Shown: one piece after another, positions 39,169 to 52,734 of the stretch
How the letters are laid out: each line of letters begins with the position of its first letter
How positions within the stretch are numbered: the first letter of the stretch is position 1
NCBI GenBank assembly: GCA_964016885.1
Contig: OZ024755.1
Span: forward strand, 17,174,001-17,238,000
DNA: 64,000 nt
Source of the DNA: Eledone cirrhosa
Lineage: Eukaryota
Direction: 5' to 3'
Notes under the pieces: model-generated
What the model was told of the DNA's origin: nothing
Databases searched by the model: none
The model's input: the letters and a program-made list of their open reading frames with translations, nothing else
Translations under genes and position numbers: made by a program

Positions 39169-39788
39169 ATTATGATAATTGTAATAAATCATTAAAATAG
39201 AGGTGATGATGATGGTGATGGCGATTATGATGATGAAGGTGATGATAATATAAACTGAATATGTCTGAATTTCCTGAAGTAGAACATCTATATATTAAAA
39301 AAAAAATCATTACTATTTTTATTTATTTATCAATTTGTTTCAGCATTTATTTCAATAGTCAGCTATTTTGATTTTTAGCCAAATATTAGATTGTGATTAC
39401 AATGAAGTGTCAAATGTTTCCTTTTAAAACTGACATTAAAATTGATCAGTAATGCTTACAAATATGTTCATGTGTAATATATTGATTTCTCACTTAGGCA
39501 CAAAGCCACAAATCTATCATGTTAAGGAAACAGTTTGTATGAGTTTCATTATCCTTTCTCAGATATTCATTTTATCAAATCCACAGACAGTCACTTACTG
39601 ATGAATGTACACTTCCACTCTCTGAAAATAGATCTATGATTTTAAACAAATGCTTACATTATCATCATCATCATTATTTTCATCATCATCATCATCATCA
39701 TCATCGTTTAACGTCCATGTTCCACGCCTGCATGGGTTTGGACGGGGGTTTTCCCACTTGAGGCAAGAGTGGTTGTCTTGCTCGCATA

Positions 39789-40350
39789 GGACTGTCTGGC
39801 GGGTTTTCTACAGCTGGATGCCCTTCCTAACACCAACCACATTTACAGTGTGGGGCTGGGAGGTTTTTACCGTGTTGCCTACACGGCCACATTACAGCGT
39901 GGACTGTCTGGCGGGTTTTCTACAGCTGGATGCCCTTCCTAACACCAACCACATTTACAGTGTGGGACTGGGAGGTTTTTACCACGTTGCCTACACAGCC
40001 ACATTACAGCGTGGACTGTCTGGCGGGTTTTCTACAGCTGGATGCCCTTCCTAACCAACCACATTTACAGTGTGGACTGGGAGGTTTTTACCGTGTTACC
40101 TACATGGCCACATTACAGCGTGGACTGTCTGGCGGGTTTTCTACAGCTGGATGCCCTTCCTAACACCAACCACATTTACAGTGTGGGACTGGGAGGTTTT
40201 TACCGTGTTACCTACACGGCCACATTACAGCGTGGACTGTCTGGCGGGTTTTCTACAGCTGGATGCCCTTCCTAACACCAACCATATTTACAGTGTGGGG
40301 CTGGGAGGTTTTTACCGTGTTGCCTACACGGCCACATTACAGCGTGGACC
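39789..40350. repeat. Tandem repeat, 5 x about 112 bp, inside a reverse-oriented (GAT)n-tailed retroposon (about 39660-40400)
   Basis: GGAC unit starts at 39789, 39901, 40013, 40122, 40234, 40346; contains CAGCTGGATGCCCTTCCTAAC shared with dispersed copies. Confidence 0.95.
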
Positions 40351-40550
40351 GTGTGTTTTTTGTCATGACACCTACACGATCTCATTTGTTTCGGCCTGGA
40401 TGTTGTGGCACCAACATAACTTTGCATTGAAAGGGGCGGTGTGGATGGGGTGGGGGTGGTGGGACGGGGTGTATTTTGTTAGAGATGCCTACTGACTGTA
40501 GTAGGTTATTTTATATATACATATATAATTACACATATATATTATCGTTT

Positions 40551-40601
<51 letters not shown>

Positions 40602-40993
40602 TAAAATAGTCAGTTTGGAAGCTTCTACAAGGCAGATGGGTAAATCTTCTGGGAATGAAATCCAGTGGCAATAGAAGAAGGAAAAGGAGAACAAACATAA
40701 ATAAACATAAAAGGCATAAGGAGAAAAGAGGAAAAAGAAGAATGTCAAAGTTTGTGTACCTTAAAAAGATTTTTAAACCCTATATTTTGGATTTACATCC
40801 ATCACAGGGAGTGGTTTTCCAAGGGGAAAATAAACATGTTGTTGCACACTACCACATTACATCTGATTCCTCTTATGTCCAGTTTTTCTCAGCTGATCTG
40901 GGCTTTGTTGTTTATATACACTAATAATTACGTTGACAAATCTAGTTCATGTGAGTAACTATTGAAATTTCCTTTTTTTTTTTCCTTTTCTAG

Positions 40994-41146
40994 CAATTCT
41001 TGGATGGTATAAATGCCAAACAACCAATTCTAGACCGCCTCAGTGAACAGGCTGCACACTTGCTTCAGTCAGTGTCAAGTGCAAAGGTAGCATGCAAAGT
41101 TGCACAAACAACAGCTGCATATTCTTCAATTACAAATACTGCAAAG
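40994..41146 (+). CDS. Nesprin-like exon 11 (153 nt, phase 0/0)
   Basis: ttttctag|CAATTC ... GCAAAG|gtaatg; QFLDGINAKQPILDRLSEQAAHLLQ...YSSITNTAK. Confidence 0.92.
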
Positions 41147-41293
41147 GTAATGATTTCTAGAACAAATTCTTCTTTTTTCCTCTTTGGATGTCGAAGCTGA
41201 TTCATTAAACCTATTTGAAAGCCTCTATCAAACACTCAATATGTTATGACAATCATAATTATTTTTATTTTTCTTCTTTATAATTTCTAACAG

Positions 41294-41458
41294 GATATGG
41301 TTAAACGCTCTGAGAAAATATCTTCTGATTATAAACAGTTTGAAGAGGCCTACAAGACTGCCGATTCTTGGATTGATTGTACAGCCCAAAAGCTGGCTCA
41401 GTGTTCAAATGTAGGCAAAGATAGAAATTTGATTGAACAGCAGCTGGAGAAATTACAG
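41294..41458 (+). CDS. Nesprin-like exon 12 (165 nt, phase 0/0)
   Basis: ctaacag|GATATG ... TTACAG|gtattg; DMVKRSEKISSDYKQFEEAYKTADSWI...EQQLEKLQ. Confidence 0.92.
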
Positions 41459-41474
41459 GTATTGATTTGTGATT

Positions 41475-41664
41475 ATACAAAATCTTAGATATAATTTGAG
41501 ATGTAAATATCCCAGAAACTACAAAGTTTAGGACAATGAGACTGAACAAGCTTAAGATTTATTCCTCAAATTTGTCAACATTATAACACTAATTCATAAT
41601 ATATAATGGTAGTTTCTGGAATATTTACATCTCAAATGATATCTAATTTTTGAAACACCCTGTA
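41475..41664. mobile_element. Tc1/mariner MITE (left end partly deleted)
   Basis: About 38-bp inverted repeats TTAGATATAATTTGAGATGTAAATATCCCAGAAACTAC / GTAGTTTCTGGAATATTTACATCTCAAATGATATCTAA; right end TTTGAAACACCCTG-TA. Confidence 0.78.
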
Positions 41665-43028
41665 TAAAAGTTTTCATGTTAGTAACAACATTTTCAAAAT
41701 CAGTCTGTTGTATTGATTTTTAGATTTTCATTGATCATATTCAACCCTTTAGAGACTAAATCCCCTGAAACTGTCCCTGGCTCTATGATTCTAACCAGTT
41801 TATTTTAAACTGTTTATTTTTATCTCAAACACCTTCCATCATAAGGTTATGTAAAAAGCTATGTTCCAAACATCAGTTTAACTCTTAACATCCTGTGATG
41901 TTTTAGCAGAAAATATCTAAAAAAAATAATTGTTTTATTCAAATGTTTATATTATCTTTATTAGTAGAGAGATTGTTGTCATAATTTTGAGGATAACATC
42001 CTTACTTTAACAGTCTCAGAGACCCTTAAAAGGGTTATAGATCCATTCTGATTAAGTTATAAGAAAACAAAATTGATTTTTTTTTTTCATTTAGTTAAAA
42101 CTATATTTGTCCCAACAAACTTTTAAACAAACATCATTTAATTGTGATAATTTAGATTTACTTTATTTTGTAATATTCTTTTAACCCTTTTAACACTAAC
42201 CTAACTTAAAACCACCCCATTTCAGGTTCACAGGTTCAATTATACAATTTTCTTTTATCTAAAAGTGTTTATATTTATCTAAAAGACTTGCTACACAATT
42301 TTATGTAAAATCCCTTATTAAGTTATGATCCAAATACCAACTTAATAATAAAAAAAGTTTGAAGTTTGAAAGCCACGACAATGCAGATTGGATGGATGGA
42401 TAAATAATGAAGTCATAAAAAAAAAATGAGGAGTGATGATTTTTTTTTTTTTTTTTTTTACCTTAATTTATTCATATGTCCTGATATTTCAAGATTAATA
42501 TCTCTTTCTCCGAGGAAAATAAAGGATCTATTCCAGTATGCTATACCATGCTGGCTGGAAGTGGTTATTTTTTCTAAATCAATCCAAAATCTTAGTTATT
42601 TTCAAAATCAATGGTAGTGACTTCATTAAAAAATACAGTAAAAAAAATGTTAAATAATGTTTTTATCTTTAAAACTCTATGCAGTTTCTTTCTTTTTTTT
42701 TCTCTCTATTGCTTTCCATCGATTTCAAACAATTTTTTCCTCTGAAACTATTTATAAGTTTCTTGAGACATATTTCTTTATTCATTTTACTTTAATAATT
42801 TTTCTTTTTCTTATTCATTCTTTTCTCTCATTCTCTTTCCTTTAAAAATCTTTCTCTATCTTACCCATTTTCTTTCCTTAATTTTCATTTCTCTCCTTTC
42901 TTTTAAAATCTTTCTCTGTCTTCCCTATTCTCTTTCCTTTCTGTTAACTGTTAGCCCGTCTCATATCTTATGCCTTGGTACATTGGGTTCTATTCTGTTC
43001 TGTTTTCATCTCCATTTTATATTTGAAG

Positions 43029-43355
43029 GAATTAATCATAGTAAAGGAAGAAGGTCAGTTACTGACACATGCAGTGATAATGTCTAGCGAGCAGCTGAAA
43101 CCTATCATCTCCCAGGGAAGTCGAACAGATTTACAAACAAGACTTGAGAATCTACAACAAAAGTGGGATTGTCTGGTCAACAATATGACAGAATGTAAGG
43201 TTACATTGGAGAGCAACTTACTACAATGGAGTGACTACAATGAAAATTGTAAACAAGTGCAAAAATGGTTGGATACAATGGACAAAAGGTTGCACCAAGA
43301 CCAGCTCCAAAGAATTGATCTTGCAGAGAAAAAGGGTCACCTTCAAAAGATGAAG
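43029..43355 (+). CDS. Nesprin-like exon 13 (327 nt, phase 0/0)
   Basis: atttgaag|GAATTA ... ATGAAG|gtaagg; ELIIVKEEGQLL...LQQKW...VQKWLDTM...HLQKMK; AAG acceptor gives exactly 327 nt. Confidence 0.9.
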
Positions 43356-44641
43356 GTAAGGATCAATAATAATGACTGAGTATTGGTGATTTTATCTGAA
43401 ACTTGATGTTAAAACTGAAGCATGTTAGTGTCATTTTAGCCATTAATAAAAAAAAAGTTCATCTTCTGGACCAGGTCATGTGTTGCGTTCTTGGGCAAGA
43501 CACTTCATTTCACATTGTCCAGTTCATTCAGAAATGAGTTGCAACATCGCTGGTGCCAAGCTGTATCAGCCTTTGCCTTTCCCTTGGACAACATTGATAA
43601 TGTAGAGAAGGGAGACTGGTATGCATGAGTGACTGCTGGTCTTCCACAAAATCACCTCGCCTGGACTTATGCCTCAGAAGGGAAATTTTCTAGGCACAAC
43701 TCCCATGGTCATTCATAACCAAAGGAAGGATGGGTCTTTACCCTTTACCTTATTACAATGTAAAATGAAGCACTGTTGACAGTTTGAGGTGAAGTAACAA
43801 GAAAGAGACATAGCAACTGAATTAGCAACTTAATTAGTAATTTAATTTAGCAATAAGTGATGTGTAATGATTACAACTAGAAATCAAAACTGAGCCACAG
43901 ATCTCAATTGGTGTGTAAATCTGTTTTAATAGTAATTATAATTAAGTATTATATGGAAATCAACCCCTGTCATTATTGCTTTCAAAGAAACCTTTGATAT
44001 TTTTTTATGAATATCTACATGTTATACATTGGTAAACCATAATATAATATTCAACTTTGATGTCCAAATTGGACAAAAGAATTCCCTAGAAATATTTTCT
44101 TCTAATCATCCTTAAATTAGGTAATAAAGTCTTTGGTTTTCTTTTGTTTTTTTACTTGTACCTAAAAAAATAAAAATGGTATTAAAACTCACATTGTCGG
44201 TTGTTATGTGGTCAGTATTTTATTCAAAGTATTTTGTACATAAGTCTATGACATAATTGAATTCTGATATTTCCCAGAACTTGTTAACATCACTTTCAAT
44301 ATTCAGTTGAAGTATTGCAGAAATATCTTTCCCTAATGTACTTTTAGTTCTGTATACTGAATGTTAGTATCATGTTAGCCAATAGCTATATGATGCTTTC
44401 CATAAAGATATACACTGGGATATACTTCTGAAATAAATTCTACTATATCAATAATATTTCTTATATATGTTTTTCCAGAAAATCTTTCTTTTTGTTTTTT
44501 TTTTCATTATAAGATATAAAATATTCTTTATACTAAAACGTATAAATTGCTCTTTTGGTGTCTTTGTAATCAATCATGATCTGTAAATTGAACAAACTGC
44601 TAAAAAATATATTTATTTTTTCATTTTCTTTTCTTTCTTAG

Positions 44642-44794
44642 AACATCTACCAAGATATTGTTTCCTATTCTGCTATTATTGACTCTGCTATACATAAAGG
44701 TCAAGAACTAGAATCACTTGATAATACTGATGGAGCCTCAACAGATATTTCCAAGATAACTAACCAATATGATTCTCTTAAAGAATTGGCACAA
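44642..44794 (+). CDS. Nesprin-like exon 14 (153 nt, phase 0/0)
   Basis: tttcttag|AACATC ... GCACAA|gtacat; NIYQDIVSYSAIIDSAIHKGQELESL...ITNQYDSLKELAQ; not in ORF track. Confidence 0.88.
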
Positions 44795-45059
44795 GTACAT
44801 TTTAGTTTTTCTTCTTATATTAGTATTTTATAATATGAGAATTCAACTCAGCTAAAATAGCAACCAGGGAATTATGTTTTATTAATTAGTCAATAAATAT
44901 ATATTTGATTGATTAGTCTATAATTAATTATTAAAACTAGATGGTGCATACCACATTAAAAGTTTATACAGAAACTAGCTTGTGAATAACTTTCTGCTCA
45001 AAGACAGTTACGATTTGCAGGACATTGCTGGAGATGTAAGCAGAAAGTTATTCACAAGC

Positions 45060-45104
<45 letters not shown>

Positions 45105-45824
45105 GATATATTAGTCTCAGACTAAATTAACATATCAACACTGAAAGTATACATACGCTATATACATATATACATAAATTGGCATCAATGTATTACAAAT
45201 GAAAGTTTATATGGAGACTTGCCCAAGATAACAACTACAATTGCTCAAAACTGGATACAATTTGTAGGACATTGCGGGAGAAATAAGCAGGAAGTTATAC
45301 ACAAGCAACTATTGTGGGAACTAACTCAGGTGTAGGTACTTGAATATTCATCGATCAAATCTCAGACAATACAAACCTCTGTAAGGAGCAGTTGCTAGGA
45401 GCAATGGAAAATTGTGAATTCTGGAGAGACTTTGTCAGGAATGTTTGACTGTGGTCGCAATAATGATGAATTATTAATTGATATTAACTATATCAACATT
45501 TTAGTTATTTGCTGACAGAAAATAATTATTAAAAACTAAGTTATGTAATGATTGCAGTATATTGGGGATGCAACATGGCCAGATGGTTAAGATGGTTGCT
45601 TTACAATCATGAGGAGTAGGGATGAGTTTGATGCCAATGACTGCGTATCTTGGGCAAGGTTCTTTTTACTATAACCTCAAGTGAACCCAAACTTTGTGAG
45701 TAGAATTAGTTAGCTGGATATTGTGTGGAAACTCATCAGATGAACTGTATTGTATTTATTTTTCAACAAGCCAGCCTTTTCACACACTGTGCCATGTTGA
45801 ATCATCATTATTGTTTAACCCTTT

Positions 45825-46012
45825 TAAGGAGGTGGATTGGCAGTATCGGTAGAGGGTCAGACGCCATGCTTTGACGCATAGAGTTACGGCCCTTGCCATT
45901 CTGAGTTCAAATCCCGCCAAGGTTAACTTTGCCTTTCATCCTTACGGGGTCGATAAAATAAAGTACCAGTAATGCACTGGTAATTACTGGCCTTGTGCCA
46001 AAAGTAGAAACA
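45825..46012 (+). mobile_element. SINE family A, full length, 18-bp TSD
   Basis: TSD ATTATTGTTTAACCCTTT at 45807-45824 and 46013-46030. Confidence 0.92.
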
Positions 46013-46186
46013 ATTATTGTTTAACCCTTTAGAATTTAAACTGGCCATATCTGGCCAAATTTATTCTTTATACTTAGTGGTGGAATTTCCACAGAGTCAG
46101 CTAGTATAATGTAAACGCTTTATATATTTCAATTCCTTTGTAATGTTTCAAGTATGATGTTTTGTTTTTTTTGTTTTGTTTTCCAG

Positions 46187-46351
46187 GGACAACTGAGCAC
46201 GGCTGAATTGCAGGTGGCTCAACAACAAAACTTCAATGATTCTGTTGACCACTTCAAAAGTTGGATGAAGAGTGCCCAAGAGTCACTTAGTATTTGTTCT
46301 GACACAGCTGGGGATAAGTCAACTATATTGATGAAGATCAACAAACTGAAG
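46187..46351 (+). CDS. Nesprin-like exon 15 (165 nt, phase 0/0)
   Basis: ttttccag|GGACAA ... CTGAAG|gtaaca; GQLSTAELQVAQQQNFNDSVDHFKSWM...GDKSTILMKINKLK. Confidence 0.92.
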
Positions 46352-46943
46352 GTAACATAATTATATATATATATATATTGTTATACTTGGGGAGGGTCAT
46401 ATTGTTATAATATTGCCAGAAATAATAATAGAACACACTCACTGTTTGGTTTGGGTTGGTTTTTGTTTCTGTATCTTTTATATCTCCATAGTTAATTTAT
46501 CTGTTTTAAATAACATAAAAATAATTCTAAATTTAATTTTTGATGTATAAATTCTTGATCAAATTTACAAAGGTTGGTAAGGAGGAGCACTAGCGCTTGC
46601 TCTCATCCCATCCTCATGTCTGAGGGTCGTGGGTCATGGACTTATGGACCAGCACCCTCCATCTTTTTCTGTCTCTTGTCATTGCCATACATTCCACCAA
46701 ACTTCTTCCTATCCATTCCTTAATATAATCTGTCTATCTCCTTTTCTGCCCTCATCTGGCCCTTTTCCCTTGTATTTGTCCCTCAAGGATGTGGGTAGCA
46801 CCGATGAAATATATTCTCTAAAAAAAGGAGGTAGTCTAAGAATGTTTGGGAAACTCTGGCTAGTTTATATCATTATTTGTTCGTACTTTTGTACTCTTTT
46901 GTTAAAAATCATTAAAATAAGAAACATTTTGTATTTTTTAAAG

Positions 46944-47270
46944 TATCTTTTTGGTGAAGTTAACACTGGGAATCAACTGCTAGAACAGACACATAATATA
47001 GGCAATGCTGTGTTACCATGCACTGCAAAACTAGGACAAGTGAAAATTCAGAAGGAGCTTCAACAGATGGACCAAAATTATAAGGATTTCAACAATTCAT
47101 TAAATGAAGTGGATAGTAAACTGCAGAAATGTGTTTTGGAGTGGGAGAAGTTTGAGGCTGCAACACAAAAGTTTGACACTTGGTTGAAAAATGGGGAAAA
47201 GTTTCTTTGTACAGATGTTCCTTTGAAAGCTACACTAGAAGAGAAGAAACAACTTTTGAATACATATCAG
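46944..47270 (+). CDS. Nesprin-like exon 16 (327 nt, phase 0/0)
   Basis: ttttaaag|TATCTT ... TATCAG|gtataa; YLFGEVNTGNQLLE...FDTWLKNGE...LKATLEEKKQLLNTYQ. Confidence 0.9.
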
Positions 47271-48754
47271 GTATAATTGTTAACATTTAAGGAAATCTGT
47301 TTAACCCTTTTGACACAAACTCACATATAACTACCTCCATTTCTATGATAAAAAACATTTGTTTTAACTCTTAACATCCTGTTCCACATGAATCCACATT
47401 ATCAAGACATTCTGGGAAAGTACAGTATTATAATTGATTCACATTTTAAAATTAAAACCTTTACTGTACAACTCGTGGAAATATTATAAATATTTGAACA
47501 AACTAACTCAATTTTTAGATATTTTCTACTAAATCATTACAGTTTAAGAATTCATACTTAAATGTAAACTTTCCATTATAATTTTATACAAGAATCATTG
47601 TTAAGTTCTGTTCTAAACACAAATTAACAAAAACGTTCTTGAATATATTTTAAATTATTTGAAAATCATAAACAGTGTTTCATAAGAAATATGTTAACAA
47701 AATGGTTAGGATTGCAATATGTATTTGTGATTAGAATGTCGGATAGATTGCTTTGCAGTATTCGTTCCGGCTCTCAGAGTTCAAATCCTGCTGAGGTCAA
47801 CATTGCCTTTCATCCTTTTGAGGTTGATAAAAAAGTACCATCTAGTACTGGTATCGATTTTTCCTTTATTTCTCAATTTCAATCCTTCTCTGGAAACAAT
47901 ATGCTGTACTCAGGCCTGGAAAGGAATGGACTCAGCCAGGCTTAAAAATGCCTAAGGAATGCCATATGTCAATATGGCACCCCTATGACTCCCTTGGGAG
48001 TTATGGGTCCATACCATACCATTTCTAAGAAATAAATATGAAATAAATGTAATATAATTCAGCTGTAGAGTTTTACATGGAATTATTTTCTATGAAATAT
48101 GAAATCCATATGGTTGGACAAGGTGACATGATCTGAAAACAGACAAATCCAAATGACCTTACCTTGTTCATTACCTTCCATATTTGGCATGCTTCCTATC
48201 TCTGGATGCCCTTCCTAATGCCAACTTCCTTACAAATTGAATGTGACATAAAATGTATATAAAACGAATTGAAGTCTCCACACCCAACACAACCAGTGAT
48301 AATTAATCATATATATATATTTTATGTATACATATAAAGTGCTTGTGGTTGGTGTGTGCATGTATAATATATATTTATATATATATGATGATGATGATAT
48401 ATATATATGATGATGATGATGATATATATGTGTGTATGTGTGTATATATATATATATATTAATAAAATGGCCAACGAAACGTACATTCCTGGTATGGCGC
48501 TGTTTTAGTAACTCTCCATAATAAATTTATATGTATATATATAGAGAGATAAGCAAATTAATATTATTTTCATCATAGCTATATTATCTGTCCTAAATCA
48601 TGTATTCCTATTCATAGACCTAACCTTTCTTATCATTCTTCAAACTTCTCTCTAATAACTGACAGTATCAAGAAGAGAGAAGAAAATACTTTCTTCAATT
48701 CTTTTAAAAATTCATTATTAACCTCAGTATTCCCCTCTGTTGATTTATTCTCAG

Positions 48755-48907
48755 GAATATAATGAAGAAGTGACATCTAATCAGAAAGAACTCGACACAC
48801 TCAGTGAACGCGCTCAAATATTACTACAGACAACCTCTGACACAGCCGTTTCTTATTCCATGACACAGCTTACATCTCGTTTCCAAGTTGTTGTTAATAA
48901 AACGAAG
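48755..48907 (+). CDS. Nesprin-like exon 17 (153 nt, phase 0/0)
   Basis: attctcag|GAATAT ... ACGAAG|gtaaaa; EYNEEVTSNQKELDTLSERAQILLQ...RFQVVVNKTK. Confidence 0.92.
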
Positions 48908-49410
48908 GTAAAAATAGTTTTTGTTATATTTATTACTTAACATTCTACTTTATATTGGTGAAAACATAGAAATTGAAATTGAAATGAACATAATAAAGAA
49001 TTGTTCTATCTTTCTAACCCTCTCTCTCACTCTCCACCCTTCTTTCTCTATCTCTCTCATTCCCTCCCTCCCTGACTCTCCTCTCTTTGTATACATGTAT
49101 ATGCAAGTATGGAACAATGAAGATGCAGTAGAAGTAGACCACAAAAAACATGGGTGGAGGTGGTGAGAACAGACCTCAGATTGCTGAAACTCACGGCGGA
49201 GATGACGAAGGATCGTGACAAGTGGAGAGATGCTGTGCTGAATAGGACCCATCCCACCCTTGCAAGCAGGGAAAAGTGGACGTAAAATGATGATGATGAT
49301 TTTATATATATATATATATATATAGTAGTTCCACAACAGTTATTACACCATTTCTGAGAACATGTATATATGTGTATATATGTATGAATATATGTATGTA
49401 TATGTATATA

Positions 49411-49472
<62 letters not shown>

Positions 49473-50509
49473 GATAAATCTACCAAAATATATGGTAGTG
49501 TCCAATCCGTATGAAGAACTCAATGTAATCCAAATATCATGAAAAGAGAAGATGCATTCAAAAATTTTCGATGAAAATCATAGGAGAACAGAGTCAAGAA
49601 AAATTAATAAAAACAATGAATAAAAACAAAGAACAAGTTCCTTATATTAAAAAATTCATCATTTTACGATCGTTTCTAGGATATATATGTGTGTTGGTAT
49701 ATATATCATATAGGTCTATGTAAAAATATTACAAACTATCAGAGGAAATATATATATATATATATACCATACACACACATCATCATCACCGTTTTACGTA
49801 GATTTTTCCATGCTAGCATGGGTTAGACGAGTTGTCCTGTTGTGGGAAATGCTAGGTCAGGTGGTCATGTCTTGCTCATACATAACTAATTTTGGCTTGG
49901 TTTCTACAGCTGGATGCCCTTACAAATGCCAACCTATGCGTATGCATGTGTATGAGCGTATAAATTAAAGATTAAATTCCTAGCTTTGGCATACATTACA
50001 CAATTTGTATTTCCCCATTCCCCATCACCTGATTGTAACCATTGCAGCTGTATTTCATTGCTGTTGACATGTCTTGGGGGATTCTCATTTACTTAACTGT
50101 TAACCTAAACTATCGACAAATTTATTAGTGTTTTCTGTTAAAAGTATATTTATTTTGCCTTCAATATTCTGAACACTTCTCTCCACACAAACATAAATAT
50201 AACATTCAGTAACCAACAGGCATCAGAATAAACAAGTCCTGATAAACATAACAACTCAGCAGGAACATTAAATAGCAAAAATATATGGATATATACACTT
50301 GTGTACACACACACTTATACACATAAACACACACACTTACACACACACACGCACATACACACACACACACAAACACATACACCCATATATATATATATTC
50401 ATTTTATTAAGGCTATATAGTGAGTCTTGCTACTCTGATATATATATATATATATATTTGATATAGAAGTGGCTTCTATAGGATTAGAACTGTTTCATTC
50501 AAAGGAAAT

Positions 50510-50551
<42 letters not shown>

Positions 50552-51138
50552 TGTTTGTATACATGTGTATAATTAGGTATGTATAGACATACACTTGGTA
50601 TAATTGATATATAGATATGTAGGCATGTTTTCTGTATTTGATTAAATATATATAATATAATAATAATAATGATGAGTATAACCGAAGTTGCAGCTGCAGG
50701 TAGCAGATTCGCAATCGATTTTCAAAGGGTATCACAAAGCACTCAATGAGAGGGTAATTAATAAATTACTCCTCAGAGTAATCACAAAAGTTAGGTAATG
50801 GTGACACAATGAAAAATGTGACCAGAGTCATGTTGCCACCTTAATACTACAACAACAAAAAATACAGACAGTTTCAACACAAACCTGAACCTGATCGATA
50901 GATATTAGATATTAATCGATAAATATCTTCGATAGGTTTCTGGGAATCTGGAAGCTACACTCCAAGTTGTGTAATGTGTATATGCAAGTCAGTAATGTAT
51001 CGTAAGATGGAACGGGGATTTCCATTCATCAACAGGTCTTTTGTTCCAGCATCTACTTTCCACAGCTTAAGAGACAACATTGCATTTCTATTGTTGTAGT
51101 AAATTTCACAGTGAGATCACGTGTTCTTTCTAAAAAAA

Positions 51139-51187
<49 letters not shown>

Positions 51188-51884
51188 GTGGTAAAAAATT
51201 GGGAGGTTATATCCATAGTAAGTAGAGCACTCAGTCCAATGGACAAGTTCAGTAAAGAGTTTGGTTTGCTAATTTGTTGTGAAATTAACTCTCTCTCTCC
51301 CTCACTTTATATATAGTATCATCATCATCATCATAATCAATGTTTTTATGTCTTCTTTTCCATTCTGGCATGGGTTGGACAGGATAGTTTCACACAAAAT
51401 TCTACAGCCAGATACCCTCTCTTCATGCCAATCCTTTTTATTACAACATACAGTGGTACTATGTACCTATTTCTAAAAGCCACATATGTGTATGTGGAGA
51501 CCATACTAATTGAAAAACTTCATATACAGGATATGACCTGTGCATTCCTGTTATTGAGTAGCTCTTATGCTTCCATATATTTCTATATTTCATATACATT
51601 TTTCTGTGCGCCTTTATCTTTACCTTCAACGTCCAAACTCCTCTCCTAGTTCCACACCCACACTCATTCTTATCTCTTTCCCTTCTACTATCCTTTTACA
51701 TATCTACTTTTCTCTCTCCTCTTTCTATTTTTTATATGAATCTTACATATGTATTATATCTTTTTTTTACTTCATTTTACTATTTTTATAGACATATATC
51801 TTTTGTATTATATACTTATTTATTTAGATAAATAGATATTTTATATATATATATATATATATACACATACATATATATATATAT

Positions 51885-51925
<41 letters not shown>

Positions 51926-52016
51926 CATACATATAATGGAAAATGATGTGAATGTATGTGTGTGCATATATATATGTATATATATATATATATATATTTA
52001 TTTATATAATATAATA

Positions 52017-52054
<38 letters not shown>

Positions 52055-52365
52055 TCTAATTTGCGCATTTTTATATGTATCTTATATATGTATTTTATTT
52101 GTTTTTACATTATTCTACTCATTTTTATACATTTTATATTTTATATTTTTTATATTATATATATATATATATAAATATATATATATATATGAATGTATGT
52201 GTATTCATACTGATCTCATGCATTATACTGCAGTCATGGCGGAGCGCCACCTTATGAATGTATAAACATACATATATTCATAAAATGCTGATAATAATAC
52301 ATATACATATGTATCTACGTCTCTCTCTATATATATTATGATCTGTCTGTATGTTTCTTTTTCAG

Positions 52366-52530
52366 GAATCTGTAAAAACCTTGGAACTAGTCGTTTATCA
52401 ACATGAAGTCTATGACAAATCTATATCTGAGTATGAAGAATGGCTGAATAATATCATGCAAAAACTAGACCCACTCTCTGATTCTGAAATCACAAAGGAA
52501 TTGGCCAAACACAATTTATCTGTCATTGCT
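52366..52530 (+). CDS. Nesprin-like exon 18 (165 nt, phase 0/0)
   Basis: tttttcag|GAATCT ... ATTGCT|gtaaga; ESVKTLELVVYQHEVYDKSISEYEEWL...KHNLSVIA. Confidence 0.92.
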
Positions 52531-52734
52531 GTAAGAATAAATTTTCTATTTGAAGTTTATATTTTTTGTTTAGGGTTAAAAAAAAAATACATTTGATTTA
52601 CTCCTTTACTAGTTCCAGTCCTTGAACAGGTTTGGTTTAATCCAGTGCTTCTCAGAATTTTCCATGTAGACCCTTAGGGGTGAATATGATTTACTAGTTA
52701 GTATTTAATTCCTCTATAAGTGGAGAACAAAATT

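Noticed and set aside
50700-50790. Minus-strand CUGAGGA ... GAAA-AUCGAU-UG as a hammerhead
   Set aside because: Cleavage position is G and stems I and II do not close properly; at most a decayed relic.
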